Assembly (NCBI GenBank): GCA_963727895.1
Contig: CAVSHT010000012.1
Coordinates: forward strand, 288,001 to 352,000
Reading direction: 5' to 3'
Origin: an uncultured Methanosarcinaceae archaeon
GTDB taxonomy: Archaea; Halobacteriota; Methanosarcinia; Methanosarcinales; Methanosarcinaceae
DNA: 64,000 bases
Part shown: in pieces, positions 44,130 to 55,832 of the stretch
Numbering within the stretch: position 1 is the stretch's first letter
How the letters are laid out: each line of letters begins with the position of its first letter
The notes under the pieces: model-generated
What the model saw: only the letters and a program-made list of their open reading frames with translations
Database searches by the model: none
Told to the model about the DNA's origin: nothing
Translations under genes and position numbers: made by a program

Positions 44130-44516
44130 TTATGTCCGTATATCGAGCTTGACCTTGCTAAGGGCTGTGATGTAAGAAATCTCTTCGCCCTCTTTGACTT
44201 TCTCCTTGAATTCATCAGGAATTACGATCTCAAAGGTTGAGAAGTCTCCCATATCCATGAGCTGGGCAATGTCGCCAGTAATTGAAATTACCTGGGCAGA
44301 CTTTCTTTCCACAATAGGGACGTATACTTTGGTTGCAACCGAACCTATGAATGAGCGCTTTTGGCCGTCAAAGAGTCCAATAGCCTCTATTCTTGCCTTT
44401 GCAGCTCCGTGTTTTCCCGGCTTGGACTTGGTAATGCTCTTTATGATGCATGCCTCGTCATCAATAATTAAATATTTCCCTTCTTTAAGTTCTTTTACTT
44501 CTACCTGCTGTTTCAT
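44130..44516 (-). CDS. eif5a: Translation factor aIF-5A
   Basis: SKPGKHGAAKA hypusine motif. Confidence 0.97.
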   Translation of the reverse strand: MKQQVEVKELKEGKYLIIDDEACIIKSITKSKPGKHGAAKARIEAIGLFDGQKRSFIGSVATKVYVPIVERKSAQVISITGDIAQLMDMGDFSTFEIVIPDEFKEKVKEGEEISYITALSKVKLDIRT

Positions 44517-44890
44517 AATAATTCTCCCATAAGTTTTAAAGTGTTTATAAATAAGCTGTAAATGTCATTCCGGATTTGTCGAAGGCTTTCCGTGACTCCG
44601 GTAAAGTGGTATAAGAAGGCTTTTCTAATTTTTAAGCCTGACTCTTATTTTATCTATACATTGCTTAAGATCTGCATAGAAAAACTGGAAAAATATTCCG
44701 AGCTTGAGGTGTCTGCAGAGTCAATCTACAGGTCGAGAACTAATACGATTAATTATCCTTGACTATATAACGCTTGTGCGAGATTTTGAGTCTTTAAACG
44801 GGATTTCCGGGAAAACTGCTAGAAAAAATTGGAAAAAATTTACAAATTACAGTAAATTTTGGATTAAAATATTGAATATTAAAGAAAAAA

Positions 44891-45630
44891 GGCATTGTTA
44901 ACTAAACATAGTTAACTCTTTATTTCTGTATTTCATCAATAGAATAACCGATTACTTTAGCATTTCAAGACTTTTTGTATAACACTTTGTCTTTCTTCTC
45001 AATCTTGCTAGAAAATGCCTCAATATGCTGTTATATCCCTCAACTGTAAATGTTTCTGCTTTTGATTGAGTATGACTCTTTTCTGGAAGAAACTCTGCAT
45101 ATGCTCTCCAGTGATCTGTCATTACTTCTCCAATCTCTTTTTTCTTCACTTTTTCCCAGAGTAGTTTTCCAGTTTCTGTTCCTCTGCTACCAAAAGAGCA
45201 GTTGATGAACTTTTTCCCAACTCTATCAACAGCAATCCAGATCCAGCAATATTTTTTTTGTTACCGATGTAAGTGTGCATTTCATCCATTTCAACAATAG
45301 ATATCTCATTTTCACTTTTTAGGTCCTCTAACTCCTGACCAAATTTCTTTATCCATCTTTGGACAGAAACATGACTCACCCCTAAAAATCTTCCTATTGA
45401 ACGAAAGCCCAATCCTTCAAGGTAAAGTTGTAAAGCCTGTCTTTTAACAGAAGCGGAAAAAGCAGTTGATTTTAGTTCTACTGTATAGTTATAGCCACAA
45501 TCAGAGCATTTGTACCGTTGACGCCCGCCAACTATACCGTTCTTTTTGTGACTGGAACTATTGCATCTGGGGCAGTTCATGAAGAAATATACTTTCTAAT
45601 AGTATATAACTATGTTTAAGTATCAAAGCC
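44891..45630 (-). mobile_element. IS1-family insertion sequence, copy 5, with 8 bp target duplication AGAAAAAA and a premature TAA near the 3' end
   Basis: Termini GGCTTTGATACTTAA and TAACAATGCC; ORF A 45146-45580; flanking direct repeats. Confidence 0.93.
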
Positions 45631-45765
45631 AGAAAAAATTTATTATCCTCCAAAATTTATCGCTTTTGGAACTGGCAGTACAATAAATAAATGCCTTTGT
45701 ATTTCTTTTCTACTATCTTTTATGTTATTTTTGTGACCATACAACTTTAGCTTTGTTTTTCTATA

Positions 45766-47529
45766 TTATTGTTTTATATCATTGTGCCTTCCATATTGTT
45801 TTTTAAGTTTTTCTTGACATATAAGACCAAGTTTCTTCAATTTTTCTGGTTTTGGCACTCCTTTTTCATCCCAGCCACGGTAATGATAATATTCCTTAAT
45901 TGCAGCCTCAAATTCTTGCCTGGGGAGCCCATATATTTCATATCCCTGGTTTTCAAACAGCCTTTCTGGAAGGATATCATCTTTCCAGGTGAAACCTGCT
46001 TTAAGATTATAGGTTCTCTCAAGATTATAGATTCGTTCTCCTATTTTCAAAAGCTCAGCAGGCGAGATATCAATGCCTGAAACAGATAATAAAAGAGCTG
46101 AACAAAGTTCTTCATTAAAAACAAAACTTGAAAACGGACAGAACACAAGTGAATCCAATACAGCAGTAAAGTTTTCAAAAACCTGGAGAATACCTGCTTT
46201 TCCTTTAAGGCTCAGACTGTCAAGACTAACAGCTCTTCCAAGAACTTCAGGACCTACCATGAAAGCATTTAGATAATCTCCACCATGGTTAGACGTGGCA
46301 TAAGCTAGAGCCTGTCCTCTTATTCCCCGCGGATCAAAACCTCCAAGTTCAAGCCCCTTTACATCCATACTCAACTCTTCTCTTTTAATGCCTGAAAAAT
46401 ATTTTCTAGCTCCTTTTCCAAGAGGTCCTCCCTCTCCGATTTCTAGGAGCAAGGATTCCAGTCCATTAGCTTCGATTACTCCAGGTTTAAGTTCAGCACA
46501 AGCGCCGAGCATAGAACCTGCCGATATAGGATCAAGCCCATAATCCTTGCATATTCTGTCAGCTTTGAGTACAGAAGTCAGGTCAGAGTTATTAAGGTTA
46601 AATCCGAATGCCCAGAGAGAATCATAATCTGGCAGTATTTCCCCTGTTTCTTTGATTCTCTTTTTACAACCAAATGGACAGCCAGAGCAGCTTTCTTTTT
46701 CAAACTCGAAAGTGGATTTGATATATTCTCCTGAAAAAGCATCTGCAAAAGAAATCTTCCTTCTGGAAAAGTTTCTGGTAGGGATGAGGTTCGTGTAGTC
46801 CAGTAATTTTACAAGTGTAGATGTGCCATAATTTGCAAGCCCTTTGGAAAGAAAGGGGCTTGCATCAAAAAGCTTCAGAATTTTAATTTCAAGTTCTCTG
46901 AATCTCTCAGGATCAGAAGGTAAAATTTCTTTATCTCCTTTCACTACAATGGCTTTAAGCATTTTTGAGCCAGCAACTGCACCCAAACCGCCCCTTCCGC
47001 TATGTATAGAATCAACAACAAAAGAAGAGATAAGAACCTGTTTTTCTCCTGCTCTGCCGATGCAGGTAACACTTCCTTTACTTTCAAGAGCCTTTGTACA
47101 AGCTCTGATATTCTTTCCCCATAATTGGGCTGCAGATACGATTTCAACCTTTCCTTGTCCTATTTCTATATATGAAGATCTTTTTGCCTTTCCATTAATA
47201 ATCAGAGCGTCAATCTTGGCTTTTTTGAGTTCTTTCCCGAAATCTCCACTCATATTCCAGCTAAATATTGTGCCTGTCAAAGGCGACTTAGAAGTAAGAA
47301 CTGCCCCTGAAGACATTGGAACAAGACCTGAAAGCGGTCCTGAAGTGAAAATTAAAGGGTTGGCAGGACTAAGAGGATCAATACATGGATCTGTCAGATC
47401 GGAAAGAAGCTTGACTCCTAGACCTCTCCCTCCAAGAAATCTGAGAATTAATTTTTCATCAGTTTCGATGACATTAATAGATTCAGTACTAAGGTCTACA
47501 TATACTGTTTTTCCTGCCCAGCGATTCAT
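45766..47529 (-). CDS. Aldehyde ferredoxin oxidoreductase family protein
   Basis: FLGGRGLG, KSPLTG, GRGGLGAVAGSK, CSGCPFGC, DPRG, YYHYRGWD. Confidence 0.9.
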   Translation of the reverse strand: MNRWAGKTVYVDLSTESINVIETDEKLILRFLGGRGLGVKLLSDLTDPCIDPLSPANPLIFTSGPLSGLVPMSSGAVLTSKSPLTGTIFSWNMSGDFGKELKKAKIDALIINGKAKRSSYIEIGQGKVEIVSAAQLWGKNIRACTKALESKGSVTCIGRAGEKQVLISSFVVDSIHSGRGGLGAVAGSKMLKAIVVKGDKEILPSDPERFRELEIKILKLFDASPFLSKGLANYGTSTLVKLLDYTNLIPTRNFSRRKISFADAFSGEYIKSTFEFEKESCSGCPFGCKKRIKETGEILPDYDSLWAFGFNLNNSDLTSVLKADRICKDYGLDPISAGSMLGACAELKPGVIEANGLESLLLEIGEGGPLGKGARKYFSGIKREELSMDVKGLELGGFDPRGIRGQALAYATSNHGGDYLNAFMVGPEVLGRAVSLDSLSLKGKAGILQVFENFTAVLDSLVFCPFSSFVFNEELCSALLLSVSGIDISPAELLKIGERIYNLERTYNLKAGFTWKDDILPERLFENQGYEIYGLPRQEFEAAIKEYYHYRGWDEKGVPKPEKLKKLGLICQEKLKKQYGRHNDIKQ

Positions 47530-47700
47530 ATTGAGTACCTCTTTTCTGTTCGGATCCAAGTTTTCAATCCTGTTTTAAGAATCTTTTTCACTGATACCTA
47601 ATTTAACTCAATATTCCTCATTTTCTTAGAAATAAAAATCATCAAAAATAAAACTTATTAGCCGGTGATCAACGAATACATTAGAGACACGTAAGGATAA

Positions 47701-48048
47701 TTAACCTTTATTATTCCTGTTCAAGAACCTAGAAACATAATCTATAGTCTTAATGGCAATTAGTCCTGTAAACGCGGTGAACATACCAAAAAAAGCAGCG
47801 ATTATATAAGGAGCAAAAGGTGAAGAAGCAACTATATCTGTGCGCGCAAGGTACCATATAATACCCTCTCCCTCATTTACGGGGATAGCATATGCAAGCA
47901 CAAAAGCAATTGGTAGCCCAATAATTGATCCCGCAATGCTCAGTTTTTTATTTATTAAGTTTGCGTATAAAAGAACAAAGGAAATACTAACAGGTATTAA
48001 CAAGAAAAATACTGGTAATATTAAAACAAATACTAATCCTTCATCCAA
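47701..48048 (-). CDS. Small hypothetical membrane protein
   Basis: Three hydrophobic segments; GAGGAG RBS. Confidence 0.65.
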   Translation of the reverse strand: MDEGLVFVLILPVFFLLIPVSISFVLLYANLINKKLSIAGSIIGLPIAFVLAYAIPVNEGEGIIWYLARTDIVASSPFAPYIIAAFFGMFTAFTGLIAIKTIDYVSRFLNRNNKG

Positions 48049-48466
48049 TTAATTTATCTCCTCAGTGATTTTTTCATAAACTTATGTTGATCTGAGTTTT
48101 TGAGGACGCATTACCCATCTATGTGCTGCAAAGAAACTGACAACGTTACACACAAGTTAGAAATTAAAAGTTAAAAATGAAGTTATTTCTACAAATTATT
48201 AGATTGTGATATTTATGAGATATTTCATTCATTTTACTCTTCTTTTTTCCATAGAATATCTTGAATAATGTAAATACAGGATAAATATAAAATATTTTTT
48301 GATGATTGTATACAAAGAGGACTCTAGGAAAATTTTATTGTTTGAGAGATTTGGCTAGAAGTTCCTTAAAAGTACGTATTGAATGATATACATATCAAGA
48401 AAAACAATATTTTGAAGATATTGAAAGAGCCATCCTTTAAGATATAAAAATCTCACATATTTTTGT

Positions 48467-48904
48467 ATGAATCTGGAGAAACCTTACATCGTTTCGATAT
48501 ATGCCATTCTCCGTAATGAGAAAGGCGAGTTCCTTCTTCTCAGGAGATCGGAAAACTCTCGCAGCAACCCAGGAAAATGGGACCTGCCAGGAGGAAAACT
48601 GATCCGTGGAGAACCTCTCGAAGAAGCTGTTGTACGTGAAGTATGGGAAGAAACCGGAATTTCAATTATACCTGGAGAAATTTCAGGATACACCATATTT
48701 GAACTGCCGGAGAAAAAAGTTATTGCCGCAATATATGATGGAGGGTATATTATTGCTGATGTGAAGTTAAGCGACGAACACATAGAATATGCCTGGACAT
48801 CTCTTAAAAATATATTAGAATTGAATACTCTTCCTGATTATTTCAAGGAATTCTTTAAAAGGTTCGCTGCGGAAAATAAAGAACCTCCAAAAATGTCTAT
48901 TTAA
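48467..48904 (+). CDS. NUDIX hydrolase
   Basis: PGG...EAVVREVWEETG Nudix box. Confidence 0.92.
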   Translation: MNLEKPYIVSIYAILRNEKGEFLLLRRSENSRSNPGKWDLPGGKLIRGEPLEEAVVREVWEETGISIIPGEISGYTIFELPEKKVIAAIYDGGYIIADVKLSDEHIEYAWTSLKNILELNTLPDYFKEFFKRFAAENKEPPKMSI

Positions 48905-49339
48905 AGCCTATCCAAAAAGCGATTGTTTGCTACATATTTTATAATATTTTACATGAAAAACGGAAATTGACAAATAATATTATTACAAACAGTTACTTGA
49001 AATATTTTTCACTTCTGCAGTAATTTAACCTGGCATTAAACTTAAATTTTTGTATATTTTGTATAACATATTTTTAACACTGCTTATAATTGAGACTTCG
49101 AAAATTAATTTCACGGTTATTATGTTATTTTACCTTATTTTAAGATATTAAGGATTAAGTGAGCTTGTTTTTAGAAATAAACTTTGAAAATAATTTTATC
49201 CGAGAAAAAAGGCTTATATCTAAGAACAAATTTTTTGGTCATTATCTCGTTAACAGAGTGAAAGAACTATGACTTACGCAACTAAATTGAAGAATAGTAA
49301 AATTCACGTCTTAGTTGAGTTTGTCCTAGGAGGACTTAT

Positions 49340-50719
49340 ATGAAAAAATGTTTTTCATCTACGGTTTTATTAGGTATACTATTCTTGCAAGTAGCTTTAG
49401 CTATTATACCATTAGTTGGAGTAGTTTCAGCTGCAGGCAATGTCACATCTTCAAACAATAGCACAGGCAATCTCACAATTAATGACTTTACTTGTAATAT
49501 TATTCATGGGACTGTTCCTATGGAGACAAGATTAACTGGTAATGTAACCGGCAAAGTTACCAAGTGGAAATGGGAATTTTATAATCCACAAATTAACCAT
49601 TGGTCTTATAGCGGTGGAAACGGAAACGATGTAACTACTTCTCATGAATTTGGGAGAGCTAAAGCTTACGGAGTTTTCAACGTTACTTTAATTGTAGTTG
49701 GACCTAATGGTAGTGATTCACTTAAAAAGATAGATTATGTAGTAGGAAATAGAAACACTACAGGTCTGCCAACTGCTAATTTCTCTGCATCCTCTACTTC
49801 TGGATATGCACCATTGAATGTAACATTTACTGACAAGAGTAAAAATGCATCTACAGCTTTATGGTATTTTGGATTGACAAATACGTCAAAAGAAAAGAAC
49901 CCAACATACACTTTCAATAATCCAGGAACTTATAGAGTTGTTTTAGAAGTAAGCAATGGAAGAGGCTGGGATGCAACAGCTCAAGAAATAACTGTTCTGG
50001 GACAACAGAAAATTATTCCTGAAGCAGGTTTTGATGCTGATACTTCCAATGATCTCGATGTGCAATTTGCAGACACCTCACAAAACGCAAATGGATGGAA
50101 CTGGAACTTTGGAGACGGAACTAATTCAACCGATCAGAACCCAGAACATACATATTCCGCAGCTGGAAACTATACTGTCAACCTCACAGCAAGCAATGAA
50201 AACGGTACAGTTTCAGTAAACAAAACAATAGATGTGGAAGAAACTAGCAGCTCAAGTGATAGTAGCTCAAGTGATAGTAGCTCAAGTGATGATAGTAGCA
50301 GTAGCAGTGGAAGCAGCGTGGGAACTGCATCTATAGTAAGCAGCAGTGGAAGCAGCAGTGGAAGCAGCAGTGGAAGCAGCAGTGGAAGCAGCAGTTCTTC
50401 TTCTAGCGCCAGTGTAATAACGGTTGCAAATGAAAGTAATGACAGTACAGTGAACGCTAGTAGCACAAACAGTACTAACGTCAGTGCTTCTCCTGAAAAT
50501 CAAAGCAATGTAACGGTAAATGAAACACAATCTAACAATACTCAGGGCCTTGAACAAAACAACAGTACAGCAGCTACTGAACAGACGTCTGAGCAGACAC
50601 CGAGCGCAAACAATTCTAGCGCAAATTCTGGAAACGGAGACAAAAAATCTCCAGGTTTTGAATCAACTTTTGGAATAGTTGGTCTGCTTGCTGCTGTGTT
50701 CTTGTATAAAAGAAAATAA
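49340..50719 (+). CDS. PKD-domain cell-surface glycoprotein with Ser-rich linker and PGF-CTERM-like anchor
   Basis: Signal peptide, PKD repeats (WNWNFGDG), many N-x-S/T sequons, SPGF plus TM plus KRK. Confidence 0.88.
   Translation: MKKCFSSTVLLGILFLQVALAIIPLVGVVSAAGNVTSSNNSTGNLTINDFTCNIIHGTVPMETRLTGNVTGKVTKWKWEFYNPQINHWSYSGGNGNDVTTSHEFGRAKAYGVFNVTLIVVGPNGSDSLKKIDYVVGNRNTTGLPTANFSASSTSGYAPLNVTFTDKSKNASTALWYFGLTNTSKEKNPTYTFNNPGTYRVVLEVSNGRGWDATAQEITVLGQQKIIPEAGFDADTSNDLDVQFADTSQNANGWNWNFGDGTNSTDQNPEHTYSAAGNYTVNLTASNENGTVSVNKTIDVEETSSSSDSSSSDSSSSDDSSSSSGSSVGTASIVSSSGSSSGSSSGSSSGSSSSSSSASVITVANESNDSTVNASSTNSTNVSASPENQSNVTVNETQSNNTQGLEQNNSTAATEQTSEQTPSANNSSANSGNGDKKSPGFESTFGIVGLLAAVFLYKRK
50247..50393 (+). 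repeat. Coding minisatellites (AGCTCAAGTGATAGT and GGAAGCAGCAGT units) encoding the Ser-rich linker
   Basis: Visible tandem units. Confidence 0.8.
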
Positions 50720-51016
50720 GAATATATAAATTAAGCAAGAAAGAATCTCTATGATGAGGATTTAATTTCCTCATTTAAATTTTTTATAGTTATATTTAAT
50801 TCTATTATCCGTTTTGAGGATATTAACAACTCTTCGTTCTTTTCTGAGATAAAATCGAATTTGAAACTCTGTAGTACATATAAACTCTACCAATTATTTC
50901 ATTAGAATTTTGATGAAAATATTATTTTTCTAATTTTAAGCTTATCTAAAACTAATTTTGAGATTTCAAATAGATTTTAATCAAGATGTATTCGAAAGTT
51001 ACTTTAAAACAAATAT

Positions 51017-51742
51017 TTACTTAAAATATTTTTCTTCAAGTGTTTTCCTTTTTTTCCTGTTATATTGCCAACTTACCCCATAGTACAGGAGAACAACAAA
51101 AGCTGCAAAAGTTCCCACAAACAATAAAGACCCATATCTGCTTAAGAGAAGAGGATTTATCTCATCTCTTTGCTCGTATTCGGGATACATAATATCTTGC
51201 TTGTCGCTGCTGTGTCCTAGACCTAGAGCATGCCCAAGTTCATGTTTTGCAATAGAAAACATTGTTTCGTCCCCATACTGACGCCAGAGTCTTCCATGGA
51301 ACTTCCCTGTCTCAAGGACTATATCCACCTTTACATATCGACCATCAGATATACTGGGATGTGCATAGCCAGCAACTCCTGAAGGAGTTCCTTCAACACT
51401 CTCTAGATTTTCAACCCATTTTATTGTTATATCCGCGTCTGTAGAATTCACAAGTTTAAAAACAGGTGTGAATTTGAGGTTTCCGTTTCCTCCATTTTCC
51501 CAGTATTCCATAGCTTTTTCTACCTGTGAATAATAAGTAGGACTGTAGTGTCCGGGTACATTACGGTCATCTATGTATACCGTGATAGGAGAATGATTCC
51601 AAGGATGATCCAAAATTATTTCCTGATTCGCTTCAGATTCGGCCGAGAATATTGGTAAAACAAATATTGTCAGTAATAGCATAACGAAAAATTTAATTTC
51701 AAATATTCTTTTTTGAGTTATAAAAATCGGCCTCCAGAACAA
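51017..51742 (-). CDS. Matrixin-family zinc metalloprotease, membrane anchored
   Basis: HELGHALGLGH plus DIMYP Met-turn; start position uncertain. Confidence 0.88.
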   Translation of the reverse strand: MFWRPIFITQKRIFEIKFFVMLLLTIFVLPIFSAESEANQEIILDHPWNHSPITVYIDDRNVPGHYSPTYYSQVEKAMEYWENGGNGNLKFTPVFKLVNSTDADITIKWVENLESVEGTPSGVAGYAHPSISDGRYVKVDIVLETGKFHGRLWRQYGDETMFSIAKHELGHALGLGHSSDKQDIMYPEYEQRDEINPLLLSRYGSLLFVGTFAAFVVLLYYGVSWQYNRKKRKTLEEKYFK

Positions 51743-51920
51743 AAGATATGAACCTTAAAAATATGACATAAAACAACTCTTGCATGTGCATGAGCTATTC
51801 TTAGTACTAACTTTAGATCAGAGTTTAATCAAAGGGTAAATTATTCAAAATTATATTGGATTCTTATGAGTACTACACAAAATCATAAAATTCTAACTAT
51901 TATTTATTGAGTCTGTCAAT

Positions 51921-52391
51921 TTATTCAATAGTAGTTCTAGAGATATCACAGATCTCACAATTCGAATCTTGGCATTGAATATCGTATTCATTTCCATTAG
52001 CAGGGAATTCAGACGTAAGTGCTCTTGTACTTTCGGCAAGTACTGCAGCATTGGAAATTGATGCTCCTATCATAATTGCAGAAAATATTTTTTCTTTATT
52101 TATTCCTCTTCTTTTTGCAACTCTGATGTGCATCTTCAAGCAATGCTCGCATCGAAGAGCAGAAGCTACACCTATTGCAATAAGCTCAACTGTCTCTGGA
52201 TCAAGGTTCTTAAATTCCCTCATTATAGAGTTCTCATAAAGTATTTTCGGAATGAAGAGTTCCGGAAGATCCTTCAGGAAATTCACTATATAAGGGATTT
52301 CACCATACTGATTCCGGATATCTTCTAGAAGTTCAGGAACGGCTTTTTCGGGGTCTTTTTTCAAAATTTCCACAATCTCTTCAAGTTCCAT
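51921..52391 (-). CDS. Carboxymuconolactone decarboxylase/AhpD family protein
   Basis: ELIAIGVASALRCEHCLKMH. Confidence 0.88.
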   Translation of the reverse strand: MELEEIVEILKKDPEKAVPELLEDIRNQYGEIPYIVNFLKDLPELFIPKILYENSIMREFKNLDPETVELIAIGVASALRCEHCLKMHIRVAKRRGINKEKIFSAIMIGASISNAAVLAESTRALTSEFPANGNEYDIQCQDSNCEICDISRTTIE

Positions 52392-52534
52392 ACGAAACCA
52401 CCTTCGTATATTAACGTGGAAAAAGGAATGAGACGCCGTTTTCTGGATAAGATTTTACTGTATAAAGGATAAGTGAAAAGACACAAACCCAGTAAAATGT
52501 AAAGCAAATGAATCTTAACATAACAGAATCCGGG

Positions 52535-53467
52535 TCAAATTGTAAAACCAACGTCAGACTTAGATTTGAGTTTTATTAATATATAATTATTCATTTTCGA
52601 TCGAGAAATACTTGCAAGCTCGGAAAGAGTGACTCCTTCATCAAATTCCAACTTTTCAAGCTTTTCGTGGAATTCATCATAAGGTAACTTGACCCTAACT
52701 CCGTTAAGCTGAAGAGTGAGAGGGGCAGGAGAAAGTACAGTTTGAATTTGTGGTACTTGATTCTCAATTTCTTTCATGACTCTGGCAGGGAGTACCGCTA
52801 GCGGATCTTTTGCCTGCTGTTTACGGATATTATCGGCAATCTTTCCAACTTCTTCATTGAGTTTATCAAGAGCGTTCATCTCTTCTGTTTTTCTTAACCT
52901 ATGAGAAGTTCTCCCTATATTTCCAACATAAAGATCTGCTCCAGGTACCTCTTCGGTTTTTAAGTCAGGTCCGCCTGTAACCACAATAGGGATTTCTATG
53001 CCTTCAAAGAGCTTTGGCTTCTTGTTTATTATGCAGTCACTGAAAGATCCGAACGTGAAAACTGCAATATCATGCTCGTTGATAAGTTTCCTTTCGTAAT
53101 CCATTGAAAGGGATACTCTACGTCCCATTCCCCTTGCAAGCCCTATCATATTTGTATTGGCTCCAGGGTGGCGGAGGTACTCTGCTATATCACAGGCTGA
53201 GTGTGGGAGGTGATGGGAAGCAAGGGTTGGAGAAACAACTGCAATCTCGACTCCAGTAAGAGGAGCTTCTATCAGTATTCCAAGAAGTTCGTCAGATTGC
53301 TTTTTCACTATCGAGATATCTTTCTCCGGAATAAGCATTATAAGGTTGACTTCAGTTCCTGTAACTACTTTCTGAATTATGTAGCCGCCCAGGTCTTCCA
53401 GTAACTCAATTAAAAGTCCATGCTTGTGGACGCCACCTGTATAAAGATAAGGTCGGAGTACAGCCAT
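52535..53467 (-). CDS. Methanogenesis marker protein 7
   Basis: GGVHKH..ELLEDLGG, HHLPHSACDIAEYLR; cluster position. Confidence 0.88.
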   Translation of the reverse strand: MAVLRPYLYTGGVHKHGLLIELLEDLGGYIIQKVVTGTEVNLIMLIPEKDISIVKKQSDELLGILIEAPLTGVEIAVVSPTLASHHLPHSACDIAEYLRHPGANTNMIGLARGMGRRVSLSMDYERKLINEHDIAVFTFGSFSDCIINKKPKLFEGIEIPIVVTGGPDLKTEEVPGADLYVGNIGRTSHRLRKTEEMNALDKLNEEVGKIADNIRKQQAKDPLAVLPARVMKEIENQVPQIQTVLSPAPLTLQLNGVRVKLPYDEFHEKLEKLEFDEGVTLSELASISRSKMNNYILIKLKSKSDVGFTI

Positions 53468-53468
53468 C

Positions 53469-54068
53469 TTACTTATTCCCTCCTTTCATCAATTCTTCAA
53501 GTATCGCCTCTGCTTCCTCTATCCATTCATGTTTTAGTGCTTCCTCGGAAGCAACAAAAATAAACTGGTTTCCCTTATACAGATGATAGCGAACTCTAAA
53601 ACCTTCGGGAGTAACCCGAATTGCAAAATCAACAAGGTTTTCATGAAGCCTGTGCCTGGGATCTGCAACCATCATATCTTTAAGAAAGACTTCTTCTTCC
53701 TTTGGTTTATCCGAACTTATGGTTACAGTCCAGCGGTCAGGTTGGCTGATGTTTGCTTTACCGTAGCGCTCCCAGAGTTTTCTCAGTAATTCTGGAATGT
53801 ACTGCTCTTTTTTAATAGAGATTATTATTTCCCCAGCAATTGGTTTTGTTTCCATGTCAGCAATATCATTTATTGTAACTCTGGTACCTACATCTCTCAG
53901 GATAATTGCCATTTGAAAAAGGGAATCTTCAGGTCTCAAAACCACTTTTATTTTCCCTATCGCTGGGGCAAGCTTGAGACTTGCGAGATTATCCTCGATA
54001 ATTTTCCTGTAAAATTCCTGTTCCGAAGCAATTGCAGACTCAACAGCAAAGATCTCAAGCGATTCCAT
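53469..54068 (-). CDS. Methanogenesis marker protein 17
   Basis: PEGFRVR motif; lies between markers 15 and 7. Confidence 0.82.
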   Translation of the reverse strand: MESLEIFAVESAIASEQEFYRKIIEDNLASLKLAPAIGKIKVVLRPEDSLFQMAIILRDVGTRVTINDIADMETKPIAGEIIISIKKEQYIPELLRKLWERYGKANISQPDRWTVTISSDKPKEEEVFLKDMMVADPRHRLHENLVDFAIRVTPEGFRVRYHLYKGNQFIFVASEEALKHEWIEEAEAILEELMKGGNK

Positions 54069-54075
54069 CTTTACC

Positions 54076-55323
54076 TCACTCCTCTACAAAGCCTGAAGCA
54101 AGCAAAGCTGCACCTACTGCCCCTATCAGGTGGGAGTTCTTAGGCACAAGGACATCGATCTTGAGAAGCTCTCCTAGAGCTTTTGGCACTCCTGCAATTA
54201 GTGAAGATCCACCTACAAGAATCAAAGGCTCTTTGACATCTACTTCCTGTAATTGCTGTTCATAGATCTGCTCTACTACACTATAACATGCAGCTGCAGC
54301 TACATCTTCAGGAGTAGCTCCTTTTGCGAGGGAATTCACAAGGGATTGAGTTCCAAAGACTATACAATAGCTGTTCATGGATACATTTTCGTGCATCCCT
54401 TTGACTGCCAGAGCTCCTAGTTCAGTAATATCTACACCAAGCCGCTTTGAGATCATTTCAAAGAAACGTCCTGAAGCGCCTGCGCAGATTCCGCCCATTG
54501 TAAACATTCCGGGAATGCCGTCCTGAACCGAGATAGCCTTATTGTCCATACCGCCTATATCAATAACCGTTGCACTGCCTTTTTGTTTATCAGCAAGATA
54601 AACGGCTCCTTTTGAGTTGACAGTAATTTCTTCCTGAATAAGTTGGGCTTTAAGACTGTTACCAATAAGGAATCTGCCATATCCTGTAGTACCAAGAGCC
54701 TGAATTTCTTCCCTTGAAACTCCGGCTTCTTTTAAAGCTTGTGAATATGCTTCTTCAGCACTTTCAAGGACTTTCGTTGTGGGAACCCATCCAGCACCTA
54801 TTATTTTGTTGTCTCTCATTATAACTGCTTTTGTAGTTGTTGACCCTGAATCAATTCCCGCAGTCAGTCCAGTCTGAATTTCTCTGGAAAGAAGATGCCT
54901 ACGTCTCACAATTGTAGTAAGAGCTTCCAGTCGAGTAAGAAGTGTTGCTGCACTGGTACTTTCTGTGAATGAATAACTGATTACCGGCAGCTTGGAGTGA
55001 TTATGGATGTATCTTCTAACCTCGTTTCGTACAATAGCCCCTTCAGCACAGCGGAAACAGGTGGTAATAAAAACTCCATCCACATTGCTCGTCCCTTCGA
55101 CAACAGCCTTTGCCCTGGCCATCATAAGCCTCAAATCTCCGCTTGCAGCCTCAAGTCCGAAGTCTTTGCCAATAGTGTCTAAAGATGCAACATCAATTTC
55201 AGGATAAACAAATTTTGCATTAACTTTGGCTGCAGCTTCTTCAAACTCGGGCTGAACGCCAGCATATTCAGAACCACAGGATACAAGTGCAATCTTGACA
55301 AGGTTAGATTCTTCAGAGCTCAT
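54076..55323 (-). CDS. Methanogenesis marker protein 15 (CoA-substrate activase-like ATPase)
   Basis: [34 protein letters not shown]. Confidence 0.9.
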   Translation of the reverse strand: MSSEESNLVKIALVSCGSEYAGVQPEFEEAAAKVNAKFVYPEIDVASLDTIGKDFGLEAASGDLRLMMARAKAVVEGTSNVDGVFITTCFRCAEGAIVRNEVRRYIHNHSKLPVISYSFTESTSAATLLTRLEALTTIVRRRHLLSREIQTGLTAGIDSGSTTTKAVIMRDNKIIGAGWVPTTKVLESAEEAYSQALKEAGVSREEIQALGTTGYGRFLIGNSLKAQLIQEEITVNSKGAVYLADKQKGSATVIDIGGMDNKAISVQDGIPGMFTMGGICAGASGRFFEMISKRLGVDITELGALAVKGMHENVSMNSYCIVFGTQSLVNSLAKGATPEDVAAAACYSVVEQIYEQQLQEVDVKEPLILVGGSSLIAGVPKALGELLKIDVLVPKNSHLIGAVGAALLASGFVEE

Positions 55324-55832
55324 TCCTTGTCCTCCTTTTCTGCAGAGTCTTTATCTTTATCCTTTTCATCTTCCTCAGGCTTTTCTTTAGGCAATGATTC
55401 AAGAAATACTGCAATCTTGTTTACGAAATCTCTGGCTTCCTCGTCAGACTCAGGGTACTTTACCTCAAGTACAGAAACACCTTTTGAGCGAACCAGATAC
55501 TTTGTTAGTTCATTTGTACGATTACAGCCCACGCAGCCAAAGTTCGTAGGTGGGTTTTCAACTATAATTGCAGCTTCTGCCTGCTCTATAAGAGGACCTA
55601 TAAGAGACATTCTTCCCCTTACTCCAGCAGGCACTTCAATTGCAGCATATTTAAGGCCCAGTTTAGGGTCTTCAGGAGTAATATTTATAGGAGGAGAATC
55701 AAGGCTGAGATTTGTGACTTTTTCTCGAATTTGGTTCATCATGGTAAGAGGCTTATGCCCAAAACGTTCTACAAGATCAGCTAGAATAAGACTATTTATA
55801 GGATAAATGAAAACCTTTGTCAAAAAACTCAC
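55320..55832 (-). CDS. Methanogenesis marker protein 5
   Basis: [42 protein letters not shown]. Confidence 0.9.
   Translation of the reverse strand: MSFLTKVFIYPINSLILADLVERFGHKPLTMMNQIREKVTNLSLDSPPINITPEDPKLGLKYAAIEVPAGVRGRMSLIGPLIEQAEAAIIVENPPTNFGCVGCNRTNELTKYLVRSKGVSVLEVKYPESDEEARDFVNKIAVFLESLPKEKPEEDEKDKDKDSAEKEDKE

Noticed and set aside
46844..47578. 244 aa plus-strand ORF
   Set aside because: Antisense shadow of the aldehyde ferredoxin oxidoreductase gene
50170..50557. Leu/Pro and STAA repeat ORFs on the minus strand
   Set aside because: Antisense translations of the Ser-linker minisatellite
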